Source: Auanema rhodensis (lineage: Eukaryota; Animalia; Nematoda). Taken from it: a DNA stretch of 64,000 bases. The notes beneath the pieces were generated by a model, which saw only the letters and a program-made list of their open reading frames with translations, did no database searches and was not told the DNA's origin. The stretch is taken from the NCBI GenBank assembly GCA_964057225.1, contig OZ059900.1, positions 25,978,001-26,042,000 on the forward strand. Reading direction: 5' to 3'. This document shows, piece after piece, positions 26,335 to 40,357 of the stretch (within the stretch, counting starts at the first letter, position 1; each line of letters opens with the position of its first letter). The position numbers and the translations under genes are program-made.

Positions 26335-29300
26335 TTTTTTTGTCGTGAAAGTGGAACTAGACGTTGTACGAACAATTTTGAGCTAGGTTTCATTGACATT
26401 GCATGAGTTTGAACACATGAAATCGTAAGTCAAAACCTTGTTTACAGCGAAATTTCCAAAAACTGGTTTTCCAGCATAATAAAATATTTCTCAAGGGAAA
26501 AACTGTGTTTTCATATTTTTCAAGTGTTCAGCATGTAAAATGCTTCATTTTAGTATGTAACACGCTGAAATTCCTTGCATTTGACGACTCATATGAACAA
26601 AAATCGATTTAATCAATATTAGCCATAAGGGGCGTGCCCTCAGAATATGCTAATTTCCTTAATTTTCTAACCCCTGTTTTTTTGTCGTGAAAGTGGAACT
26701 AGACGTTGTACGAACAATTTTGAGCTAGGTTTCATTGACATTGCATGAGTTTGAACACATGCAATCGTAAGTCAAAACCTTGTTTACAGCGAAATTTCCA
26801 AAAACTGGTTTTCCAGCATAATAAAATATTTCTCATGGGAAAAACTGTGTTTTTGTATTTTTCTAGTGTTCAGCATGTAAAATGCTTTATTTTAATATGT
26901 AACACGCTGAAATTCGTTGCATTTGACGACTCATATGAACAAAAATCGATTTAATCAATATTAGCCATAAGGGGCGTGCCCTCAGAATATGCTAATTTCC
27001 TTAATTTTCTAACCCCTGTTTTTTTGTCGTGAAAGTGGAACTAGACGTTGTACGAACAATTTTGAGCTAGGTTTCATTGACATTGCATGAGTTTGAACAC
27101 ATGAAATCGTAAGTCAAAACCTTGTTTACAGCGAAATTTCCAAAAACTGGTTTTCCAGCATAATAAAATATTTCTCAAGGGAAAAACTGTGTTTTCATAT
27201 TTTTCAAGTGTTCAGCATGTAAAATGCTTCATTTTAGTATGTAACACGCTGAAATTCCTTGCATTTGACGACTCATATGAACAAAAATCGATTTAATCAA
27301 TATTAGCCATAAGGGGCGTGCCCTCAGAATTTGCTAATTTCCTTAATTTTCTAACCCCTGTTTTTTTGTCGTGAAAGTGGAACTAGACGTTGTACGAACA
27401 ATTTTGAGCTAGGTTTCATTGACATTGCATGAGTTTCAACACATGAAATCGTAAGTCAAAACCTTGTTTACAGCGAAATTTCCAAAAACTGGTTTTCCAG
27501 CATAATAAAATATTTCTCATGGGAAATACTGTGTTTTTGTATTTTTCTAGTGTTCAGCATGTAAAATGCTTCATTTTAGTATGTAACACGCTGAAATTTG
27601 TTGCATTTGACGACTCATATGAACAAAAATCGATTTAATCAATATTAGCCATAAGGGGCGTGCCCTCAGAATATGCTAATTTCCTTAATTTTCTAACCCC
27701 TGTTTTTTTGTCGTGAAAGTGGAACTAGACGTTGTACGAACAATTTTGAGCTAGGTTTCATTGACATTGCATGAGTTTGAACACATGAAATCGTAAGTCA
27801 AAACCTTGTTTACAGCGAAATTTCCAAAAACTGGTTTTCCAGCATAATAAAATATTTCTCAAGGGAAAAACTGTGTTTTCATATTTTTCAAGTGTTCAGC
27901 ATGTAAAATGCTTCATTTTAGTATGTAACACGCTGAAATTCCTTGCATTTGACGACTCATATGAACAAAAATCGATTTAATCAATATTAGCCATAAGGGG
28001 CGTGCCCTCAGAATATGCTAATTTCCTTAATTTTCTAACCCCTGTTTTTTTGTCGTGAAAGTGGAACTAGACGTTGTACGAACAATTTTGAGCTAGGTTT
28101 CATTGACATTGCATGAGTTTGAACACATGAAATCGTAAGTCAAAACCTTGTTTACAGCGAAATTTCCAAAAACTGGTTTTCCAGCATAATAAAATATTTC
28201 TCATGAGAAATACTGTGTTTTTGTATTTTTTTAATGTTCAGCATGTAAAACGCTTCATTTTGATATGTAAAACGCTGAAATTCGTTGCATTTGACGACTC
28301 ATATGAACAAAAATCGATTTTATCAATATTAGCCATAAGGGGCGTGCCCTCAGAATATGCTAATTTCCTTAATTTTCTAACCCCTGTTTTTTTGTCGTGA
28401 AAGTGGAACTAGACGTTGTACGAACAATTTTGAGCTAGGTTTCATTGACATTGCATGAGTTTGAACACATGAAATCGTAAGTCAAAACCTTGTTTACAGC
28501 GAAATTTCCAAAAACTGGTTTTCCAGCATAATACAATATTTCTCATGGGAAATACTGTGTTTTTATATTTTTCTAGTGTTCAGCATGTAAAATGCTTCAT
28601 TTTAGTATGTAACACGCTGAAATTCGTTGCATTTGACGACTCATATGAACAAAAATCGATTTTATCAATATTAGCCATAAGGGGCGTGCCCTCAGAATAT
28701 GCTAATTTCCTTAATTTTCTAACCCCTGTTTTTTCGTCGTGAAAGTGGAACTAGACGTTGTACGAACAGTTTTGAGCTAGGTTTCATTGACATTGCCTGA
28801 GTTTGAACACATGAAATCGTAAGTCAAAACCTTGTTTACAGCGAAATTTCCAAAAACTGGTTTTCCAGCATAATAAAATATTTCTCATGGGAAATACTGT
28901 GTTTTTGTATTTTTTCAGTGTTCAGCATGTAAAATGCTTCATTTTAGTATGTAACACGCTGAAATTCGTTGCATTTGACGACTCATATGAACAAAAATCG
29001 ATTTAATCAATATTAGCCATAAGGGGCGTGCCCTCAGAATATGCTAATTTCCTTAATTTTCTAACCCCTGTTTTTTTGTCGTGAAAGTGGAACTAGACGT
29101 TGTACGAACAATTTTGAGCTAGGTTTCATTGACATTGCATGAGTTTGAACACATGAAATCGTAAGTCAAAACCTTGTTTACAGCGAAATTTCCAAAAACT
29201 GGTTTTCCAGCATAATAAAATATTTCTCATGGGAAATACTGTGTTTTTGTATTTTTTTAGTGTTCAGCATGTAAAATGCGTCATTTTAGTATGTAAAACG

Positions 29301-32300
29301 CTGAAATTCGTTGCATTTGACGACTCATATGAACAAAAATCGATTTTATCAATATTAGCCATAAGGGGCGTGCCCTCAGAATATGCTAATTTCCTTAATT
29401 CTCTAACCCCTGTTTTTTTGTCGTGAAAGTGGAACTAGACGTTGTACGAACAATTTTGAGCTAGGTTTCATTGACATTGCATGAGTTTGAACACATGAAA
29501 TCGTAAGTCAAAACCTTGTTTACAGCGAAATTTCCAAAAACTGGTTTTCCAGCATAATAAAATATTTCTCAAGGGAAAAACTGTGTTTTCATATTTTTCA
29601 AGTGTTCAGCATGTAAAATGCTTCATTTTAGTATGTAACACGCTGAAATTCCTTGCATTTGACGACTCATATGAACAAAAATCGATTTAATCAATATTAG
29701 CCATAAGGGGCGTGCCCTCAGAATTTGCTAATTTCCTTATATTTCTAACCCCTGTTTTTTTGTCGTGAAAGTGGAACTAGACGTTGTACGAACAATTTTG
29801 AGCTAGGTTTCATTGACATTGCATGAGTTTGAACACATGAAATCGTAAGTCAAAACCTTGTTTACAGCGAAATTTCCAAAAACTGGTTTTCCAGCATAAT
29901 AAAATATTTCTCAAGGGAAAAACTGTGTTTTCATATTTTTCAAGTGTTCAGCATGTAAAATGCTTCATTTTAGTATGTAACACGCTGAAATTCCTTGCAT
30001 TTGACGACTCATATGAACAAAAATCGATTTAATCAATATTAGCCATAAGGGGCGTGCCCTCAGAATATGCTAATTTCCTTAATTTTCTAACCCCTGTTTT
30101 TTTGTCGTGAAAGTGGAACTAGACGTTGTACGAACAATTTTGAGCTAGGTTTCATTGACATTGCATGAGTTTGAACACATGAAATCGTAAGTCAAAAACC
30201 TTGTTTACAGCGAAATTTCCAAAAACTGGTTTTCCAGCATAATACAATATTTCTCAAGGGAAAAACTGTGTTTTTATATTTTTCTAGTGTTCAGCATGTA
30301 AAATGCTTCATTTTAGTATGTAACACGCTGAAATTCGTTGCATTTGACGACTCATATGAACAAAAATCGATTTTATCAATATTAGCCATAAGGGGCGTGC
30401 CCTCAGAATATGCTAATTTCCTTAATTTTCCAACCCCTGTTTTTTTGTCGTGAAAGTGGAACTAGACGTTGTACGAACAGTTTTGAGCTAGGTTTCATTG
30501 ACATTGCATGAGTTTGAACACATGAAATCGTAAGTCAAAACCTTGTTTACAGCGAAATTTCCAAAAACTGGTTTTCCAGCATAATAAAATATTTCTCATG
30601 GGAAATACTGTGTTTTTGTATTTTTTCAGTGTTCAGCATGTAAAATGCTTCATTTTAGTATGTAACACGCTGAAATTCGTTGCATTTGACGACTCATATG
30701 AACAAAAATCGATTTAATCAATATTAGCCATAAGGGGCGTGCCCTCAGAATATGCTAATTTCCTTAATTTTCTAACCCCTGTTTTTTTGTCGTGAAAGTG
30801 GAACTAGACGTTGTACGAACAATTTTGAGCTAGGTTTCATTGACATTGCATGAGTTTGAACACATGAAATCGTAAGTCAAAAACCTTGTTTACAGCGAAA
30901 TTTCCAAAAACTGGTTTTCCAGCATAATAAAATATTTCTCATGGGAAATACTGTGTTTTTGTATTTTTCTAGTGTTCAGCATGTAAAATGTTTCATTTTA
31001 GTATGTAACACGCTGAAATTCGTTGCATTTGACGACTCATATGAACAAAAATCGATTTAATCAATATTAGCCATAAACGGCGTGCCCTCAGAATATGCTA
31101 ATTTCCTTAATTTTCTAACCCCTGTTTTTTTGTCGTGAAAGTGGAACTAGACGTTGTACGAACAATTTTGAGCTAGGTTTCATTGACATTGCATGAGTTT
31201 GAACACATGAAATCGTAAGTCAAAACCTTGTTTACAGCGAAATTTCCAAAAACTGGTTTTCCAGCATAATAAAATATTTCTCAAGGGAAAAACTGTGTTT
31301 TCATATTTTTCAAGTGTTCAGCATGTAAAATGCTTCATTTTAGTATGTAACACGCTGAAATTCCTTGCATTTGACGACTCATATGAACAAAAATCGATTT
31401 AATCAATATTAGCCATAAGGGGCGTGCCCTCAGAATATGCTAATTTCCTTAATTTTCTAACCCCTGTTTTTTTGTCGTGAAAGTGGAACTAGACGTTGTA
31501 CGAACAATTTTGAGCTAGGTTTCATTGACATTGCATGAGTTTGAACACATGCAATCGTAAGTCAAAACCTTGTTTACAGCGAAATTTCCAAAAACTGGTT
31601 TTCCAGCATAATAAAATATTTCTCATGGGAAAAACTGTGTTTTTGTATTTTTCTAGTGTTCAGCATGTAAAATGCTTTATTTTAATATGTAACACGCTGA
31701 AATTCGTTGCATTTGACGACTCATATGAACAAAAATCGATTTAATCAATATTAGCCATAAGGGGCGTGCCCTCAGAATATGCTAATTTCCTTAATTTTCT
31801 AACCCCTGTTTTTTTGTCGTGAAAGTGGAACTAGACGTTGTACGAACAATTTTGAGCTAGGTTTCATTGACATTGCATGAGTTTGAACACATGAAATCGT
31901 AAGTCAAAACCTTGTTTACAGCGAAATTTCCAAAAACTGGTTTTCCAGCATAATAAAATATTTCTCAAGGGAAAAACTGTGTTTTCATATTTTTCAAGTG
32001 TTCAGCATGTAAAATGCTTCATTTTAGTATGTAACACGCTGAAATTCCTTGCATTTGACGACTCATATGAACAAAAATCGATTTAATCAATATTAGCCAT
32101 AAGGGGCGTGCCCTCAGAATTTGCTAATTTCCTTAATTTTCTAACCCCTGTTTTTTTGTCGTGAAAGTGGAACTAGACGTTGTACGAACAATTTTGAGCT
32201 AGGTTTCATTGACATTGCATGAGTTTCAACACATGAAATCGTAAGTCAAAACCTTGTTTACAGCGAAATTTCCAAAAACTGGTTTTCCAGCATAATAAAA

Positions 32301-35230
32301 TATTTCTCATGGGAAATACTGTGTTTTTGTATTTTTCTAGTGTTCAGCATGTAAAATGCTTCATTTTAGTATGTAACACGCTGAAATTTGTTGCATTTGA
32401 CGACTCATATGAACAAAAATCGATTTAATCAATATTAGCCATAAGGGGCGTGCCCTCAGAATATGCTAATTTCCTTAATTTTCTAACCCCTGTTTTTTTG
32501 TCGTGAAAGTGGAACTAGACGTTGTACGAACAATTTTGAGCTAGGTTTCATTGACATTGCATGAGTTTGAACACATGAAATCGTAAGTCAAAACCTTGTT
32601 TACAGCGAAATTTCCAAAAACTGGTTTTAAAGCATAATAAAATATTTCTCAAGGGAAAAACTGTGTTTTCATATTTTTCAAGTGTTCAGCATGTAAAATG
32701 CTTCATTTTAGTATGTAACACGCTGAAATTCCTTGCATTTGACGACTCATATGAACAAAAATCGATTTAATCAATATTAGCCATAAGGGGCGTGCCCTCA
32801 GAATATGCTAATTTCCTTAATTTTCTAACCCCTGTTTTTTTGTCGTGAAAGTGGAACTAGACGTTGTACGAACAATTTTGAGCTAGGTTTCATTGACATT
32901 GCATGAGTTTGAACACATGAAATCGTAAGTCAAAACCTTGTTTACAGCGAAATTTCCAAAAACTGGTTTTCCAGCATAATAAAATATTTCTCATGAGAAA
33001 TACTGTGTTTTTGTATTTTTTTAATGTTCAGCATGTAAAACGCTTCATTTTGATATGTAAAACGCTGAAATTCGTTGCATTTGACGACTCATATGAACAA
33101 AAATCGATTTTATCAATATTAGCCATAAGGGGCGTGCCCTCAGAATATGCTAATTTCCTTAATTTTCTAACCCCTGTTTTTTTGTCGTGAAAGTGGAACT
33201 AGACGTTGTACGAACAATTTTGAGCTAGGTTTCATTGACATTGCATGAGTTTGAACACATGAAATCGTAAGTCAAAACCTTGTTTACAGCGAAATTTCCA
33301 AAAACTGGTTTTCCAGCATAATACAATATTTCTCATGGGAAATACTGTGTTTTTATATTTTTCTAGTGTTCAGCATGTAAAATGCTTCATTTTAGTATGT
33401 AACACGCTGAAATTCGTTGCATTTGACGACTCATATGAACAAAAATCGATTTTATCAATATTAGCCATAAGGGGCGTGCCCTCAGAATATGCTAATTTCC
33501 TTAATTTTCTAACCCCTGTTTTTTCGTCGTGAAAGTGGAACTAGACGTTGTACGAACAGTTTTGAGCTAGGTTTCATTGACATTGCCTGAGTTTGAACAC
33601 ATGAAATCGTAAGTCAAAACCTTGTTTACAGCGAAATTTCCAAAAACTGGTTTTCCAGCATAATAAAATATTTCTCATGGGAAATACTGTGTTTTTGTAT
33701 TTTTTCAGTGTTCAGCATGTAAAATGCTTCATTTTAGTATGTAACACGCTGAAATTCGTTGCATTTGACGACTCATATGAACAAAAATCGATTTAATCAA
33801 TATTAGCCATAAGGGGCGTGCCCTCAGAATATGCTAATTTCCTTAATTTTCTAACCCCTGTTTTTTTGTCGTGAAAGTGGAACTAGACGTTGTACGAACA
33901 ATTTTGAGCTAGGTTTCATTGACATTGCATGAGTTTGAACACATGAAATCGTAAGTCAAAACCTTGTTTACAGCGAAATTTCCAAAAACTGGTTTTCCAG
34001 CATAATAAAATATTTCTCATGGGAAATACTGTGTTTTTGTATTTTTTTAATGTTCAGCATGTAAAATGCGTCATTTTAGTATGTAAAACGCTGAAATTCG
34101 TTGCATTTGACGACTCATATGAACAAAAATCGATTTTATCAATATTAGCCATAAGGGGCGTGCCCTCAGAATATGCTAATTTCCTTAATTCTCTAACCCC
34201 TGTTTTTTTGTCGTGAAAGTGGAACTAGACGTTGTACGAACAATTTTGAGCTAGGTTTCATTGACATTGCATGAGTTTGAACACATGAAATCGTAAGTCA
34301 AAACCTTGTTTACAGCGAAATTTCCAAAAACTGGTTTTCCAGCATAATAAAATATTTCTCAAGGGAAAAACTGTGTTTTCATATTTTTCAAGTGTTCAGC
34401 ATGTAAAATGCTTCATTTTAGTATGTAACACGCTGAAATTCCTTGCATTTGACGACTCATATGAACAAAAATCGATTTAATCAATATTAGCCATAAGGGG
34501 CGTGCCCTCAGAATTTGCTAATTTCCTTATATTTCTAACCCCTGTTTTTTTGTCGTGAAAGTGGAACTAGACGTTGTACGAACAATTTTGAGCTAGGTTT
34601 CATTGACATTGCATGAGTTTGAACACATGAAATCGTAAGTCAAAAACCTTGTTTACAGCGAAATTTCCAAAAACTGGTTTTCCAGCATAATACAATATTT
34701 CTCAAGGGAAAAACTGTGTTTTTATATTTTTCTAGTGTTCAGCATGTAAAATGCTTCATTTTAGTATGTAACACGCTGAAATTCGTTGCATTTGACGACT
34801 CATATGAACAAAAATCGATTTTATCAATATTAGCCATAAGGGGCGTGCCCTCAGAATATGCTAATTTCCTTAATTTTCCAACCCCTGTTTTTTTGTCGTG
34901 AAAGTGGAACTAGACGTTGTACGAACAGTTTTGAGCTAGGTTTCATTGACATTGCATGAGTTTGAACACATGAAATCGTAAGTCAAAACCTTGTTTACAG
35001 CGAAATTTCCAAAAACTGGTTTTCCAGCATAATAAAATATTTCTCATGGGAAATACTGTGTTTTTGTATTTTTTCAGTGTTCAGCATGTAAAATGCTTCA
35101 TTTTAGTATGTAACACGCTGAAATTCGTTGCATTTGACGACTCATATGAACAAAAATCGATTTAATCAATATTAGCCATAAGGGGCGTGCCCTCAGAATA
35201 TGCTAATTTCCTTAATTTTCTAACCCCTGT
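26335..35230 (+). repeat. Tandem duplication with a 14-monomer offset (4790 bp)
   Basis: The ORF pairs 26745/31535, 28203/32993, 28545/33335 and 29229/34019 all differ by 4790. Both copies share the private variants TTTTCGTCGT and CATTGCCTGA. Boundaries are approximate. Confidence 0.85.
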
Positions 35231-38200
35231 TTTTTTGTCGTGAAAGTGGAACTAGACGTTGTACGAACAATTTTGAGCTAGGTTTCATTGACATTGCATG
35301 AGTTTGAACACATGAAATCGTAAGTCAAAACCTTGTTTACAGCGAAATTTCCAAAAACTGGTTTTCCAGCATAATAAAATATTTCTCATGGGAAATACTG
35401 TGTTTTTGTATTTTTTTAGTGTTCAGCATGTAAAATGCGTCATTTTAGTATGTAAAACGCTGAAATTCGTTGCATTTGACGACTCATATGAACAAAAATC
35501 GATTTTATCAATATTAGCCATAAGGGGGTGCCCTCAGAATATGCTAATTTCCTTAATTTTCTAACCCCTGTTTTTTTGTCGTGAAAGTGGAACTAGACGT
35601 TGTACGAACAATTTTGAGCTAAGTTTCATTGACATTGCATGAGTTTGAACACATGAAATCGTAAGTCAAAACCTTGTTTACAGCGAAATTTCCAAAAACT
35701 GGTTTTCCAGCATAATAAAATATTTCTCATGAGAAATACTGTGTTTTTGTATTTTTTTAATGTTCAGCATGTAAAATGCTTCATTTTGATATGTAAAACG
35801 CTGAAATTCGTTGCATTTGACGATTCATATGAACAAAAATCGATTTTATCAATATTAGCCATAAGGGGCGTGCCCTCAGAATATGCTAATTTCCTTAATT
35901 TTCTAACCCCTGTTTTTTGTCGTGAAAGTGGAACTAGACGTTGTACGAACAATTTTGAGCAAGGTTTCATTGACATTGCATGAGTTTGAACACATGAAAT
36001 CGTAAGTCAAAACCTTGTTTACAGCGAAATTTCCAAAAACTGGTTTTCCAGCATAATACAATATTTCTCATGGGAAATACTGTGTTTTTATATTTTTCTA
36101 GTGTTCAGCATATAAAATGCTTCATTTTAGTATGTAACACGCTGAAATTCGTTGCATTTGACGACTCATATGAACAAAAATCGATTTTATCAATATTAGC
36201 CATAAGGGGCGTGCCCTCAGAATATGCTAATTTCCTTAATTTTCTAACCCCTGTTTTTTTGTCGTGAAAGTGGAACTAGACGTTGTACGAACAGTTTTGA
36301 GCTAGGTTTCATTGACATTGCATGAGTTTGAACACATGAAATCGTAAGTCAAAACCTTGTTTACAGCGAAATTTCCAAAAACTGGTTTTCCAGCATAATA
36401 AAATATTTCTCATGGGAAATACTGTGTTTTTGTATTTTTTCAGTGTTCAGCATGTAAAATGCTTCATTTTAGTATGTAACACGCTGAAATTCGTTGCATT
36501 TGACGACTCATATGAACAAAAATCGATTTAATCAATATTAGCCATAAGGGGCGTGCCCTCAGAATATGCTAATTTCCTTAATTTTCTAACCCCTGTTTTT
36601 TTGTCGTGAAAGTGGAACTAGACGTTGTACGAACAATTTTGAGCTAGGTTTCATTGACATTGCATGAGTTTGAACACATGCAATCGTAAGTCAAAACCTT
36701 GTTTACAGCGAAATTTCCAAAAACTGGTTTTCCAGCATAATAAAATATTTCTCATGGGAAAAACTGTGTTTTTGTATTTTTCTAGTGTTCAGCATGTAAA
36801 ATGCTTTATTTTAATATGTAACACGCTGAAATTCGTTGCATTTGACGACTCATATGAACAAAAATCGATTTAATCAATATTAGCCATAAGGGGCGTGCCC
36901 TCAGAATATGCTAATTTCCTTAATTTTCTAACCCCTGTTTTTTTGTCGTGAAAGTGGAACTAGACGTTGTACGAACAATTTTGAGCTAAGTTTCATTGAC
37001 ATTGCATGAGTTTGAACACATGAAATCGTAAGTCAAAACCTTGTTTACAGCGAAATTTCCAAAAACTGGTTTTCCAGCATAATAAAATATTTCTCAAGGG
37101 AAAAACTGTGTTTTCATATTTTTCAAGTGTTCAGCATGTAAAATGCTTCATTTTAGTATGTAACACGCTGAAATTCCTTGCATTTGACGACTCATATGAA
37201 CAAAAATCGATTTAATCAATATTAGCCATAAGGGGCGTGCCCTCAGAATATGCTAATTTCCTTAATTTTCTAACCCCTGTTTTTTTGTCGTGAAAGTGGA
37301 ACTAGACGTTGTACGAACAATTTTGAGCTAGGTTTCATTGACATTGCATGAGTTTGAACACATGAAATCGTAAGTCAAAACCTTGTTTACAGCGAAATTT
37401 CCAAAAACTGGTTTTCCAGCATAATAAAATATTTCTCATGAGAAATACTGTGTTTTTGTATTTTTTTAATGTTCAGCATGTAAAACGCTTCATTTTGATA
37501 TGTAAAACGCTGAAATTCGTTGCATTTGACGACTCATATGAACAAAAATCGATTTTATCAATATTAGCCATAAGGGGCGTGCCCTCAGAATATGCTAATT
37601 TCCTTAATTTTCTAACCCCTGTTTTTTTGTCGTGAAAGTGGAACTAGACGTTGTACGAACAATTTTGAGCTAGGTTTCATTGACATTGCATGAGTTTGAA
37701 CACATGAAATCGTAAGTCAAAACCTTGTTTACAGCGAAATTTCCAAAAACTGGTTTTCCAGCATAATACAATATTTCTCATGGGAAATACTGTGTTTTTA
37801 TATTTTTCTAGTGTTCAGCATGTAAAATGCTTCATTTTAGTATGTAACACGCTGAAATTCGTTGCATTTGACGACTCATATGAACAAAAATCGATTTTAT
37901 CAATATTAGCCATAAGGGGCGTGCCCTCAGAATATGCTAATTTCCTTAATTTTCTAACCCCTGTTTTTTTGTCGTGAAAGTGGAACTAGACGTTGTACGA
38001 ACAGTTTTGAGCTAGGTTTCATTGACATTGCATGAGTTTGAACACATGAAATCGTAAGTCAAAACCTTGTTTACAGCGAAATTTCCAAAAACTGGTTTTC
38101 CAGCATAATAAAATATTTCTCATGGGAAATACTGTGTTTTTGTATTTTTTCAGTGTTCAGCATGTAAAATGCTTCATTTTAGTATGTAACACGCTGAAAT

Positions 38201-40357
38201 TCGTTGCATTTGACGACTCATATGAACAAAAATCGATTTAATCAATATTAGCCATAAGGGGCGTGCCCTCAGAATATGCTAATTTCCTTAATTTTCTAAC
38301 CCCTGTTTTTTTGTCGTGAAAGTGGAACTAGACGTTGTACGAACAATTTTGAGCTAGGTTTCATTGACATTGCATGAGTTTGAACACATGAAATCGTAAG
38401 TCAAAACCTTGTTTACAGCGAAATTTCCAAAAACTGGTTTTCCAGCATAATAAAATATTTCTCATGGGAAATACTGTGTTTTTGTATTTTTTTAGTGTTC
38501 AGCATGTAAAATGCGTCATTTTAGTATGTAAAACGCTGAAATTCGTTGCATTTGACGACTCATATGAACAAAAATCGATTTAATCAATATTAGCCATAAG
38601 GGGCGTGCCCTCAGAATTTGCTAATTTCCTTATATTTCTAACCCCTGTTTTTTTGTCGTGAAAGTGGAACTAGACGTTGTACGAACAATTTTGAGCTAGG
38701 TTTCATTGACATTGCATGAGTTTGAACACATGAAATCGTAAGTCAAAACCTTGTTTACAGCGAAATTTCCAAAAACTGGTTTTCCAGCATAATAAAATAT
38801 TTCTCATGGGAAATACTGTGTTTTTGTATTTTTCTAGTGTTCAGCATGTAAAATGCTTCATTTTAGTATATAACACGCTGAAATTTGTTGCATTTGACGA
38901 CTCATATGAACAAAAATCGATTTAATCAATATTAGCCATAAGGGGCGTGCCCTCAGAATATGCTAATTTCCTTAATTTTCTAACCCCTGTTTTTTTGTCG
39001 TGAAAGTGGAACTAGACGTTGTACGAACAATTTTGAGCTAGGTTTCATTGACATTGCATGAGTTTGAACACATGCAATCGTAAGTCAAAACCTTGTTTAC
39101 AGCGAAATTTCCAAAAACTGGTTTTCCAGCATAATAAAATATTTCTCATGGGAAAAACTGTGTTTTTGTATTTTTCTAGTGTTCAGCATGTAAAATGCTT
39201 TATTTTAATATGTAACACGCTGAAATTCGTTGCATTTGACGACTCATATGAACAAAAATCGATTTAATCAATATTAGCCATAAGGGGCGTGCCCTCAGAA
39301 TATGCTAATTTCCTTAATTTTCTAACCCCTGTTTTTTTGTCGTGAAAGTGGAACTAGACGTTGTACGAACAATTTTGAGCTAAGTTTCATTGACATTGCA
39401 TGAGTTTGAACACATGAAATCGTAAGTCAAAACCTTGTTTACAGCGAAATTTCCAAAAACTGGTTTTCCAGCATAATAAAATATTTCTCAAGGGAAAAAC
39501 TGTGTTTTCATATTTTTCAAGTGTTCAGCATGTAAAATGCTTCATTTTAGTATGTAACACGCTGAAATTCCTTGCATTTGACGACTCATATGAACAAAAA
39601 TCGATTTAATCAATATTAGCCATAAGGGGCGTGCCCTCAGAATATGCTAATTTCCTTAATTTTCTAACCCCTGTTTTTTTGTCGTGAAAGTGGAACTAGA
39701 CGTTGTACGAACAATTTTGAGCTAAGTTTCATTGACATTGCATGAGTTTGAACACATGAAATCGTAAGTCAAAACCTTGTTTACAGCGAAATTTCCAAAA
39801 ACTGGTTTTCCAGCATAATAAAATATTTCTCAAGGGAAAAACTGTGTTTTCATATTTTTCAAGTGTTCAGCATGTAAAATGCTTCATTTTAGTATGTAAC
39901 ACGCTGAAATTCCTTGCATTTGACGACTCATATGAACAAAAATCGATTTAATCAATATTAGCCATAAGGGGCGTGCCCTCAGAATATGCTAATTTCCTTA
40001 ATTTTCTAACCCCTGTTTTTTTGTCGTGAAAGTGGAACTAGACGTTGTACGAACAATTTTGAGCTAGGTTTCATTGACATTGCATGAGTTTGAACACATG
40101 AAATCGTAAGTCAAAACCTTGTTTACAGCGAAATTTCCAAAAACTGGTTTTCCAGCATAATAAAATATTTCTCATGAGAAATACTGTGTTTTTGTATTTT
40201 TTTAATGTTCAGCATGTAAAACGCTTCATTTTGATATGTAAAACGCTGAAATTCGTTGCATTTGACGACTCATATGAACAAAAATCGATTTTATCAATAT
40301 TAGCCATAAGGGGCGTGCCCTCAGAATATGCTAATTTCCTTAATTTTCTAACCCCTG

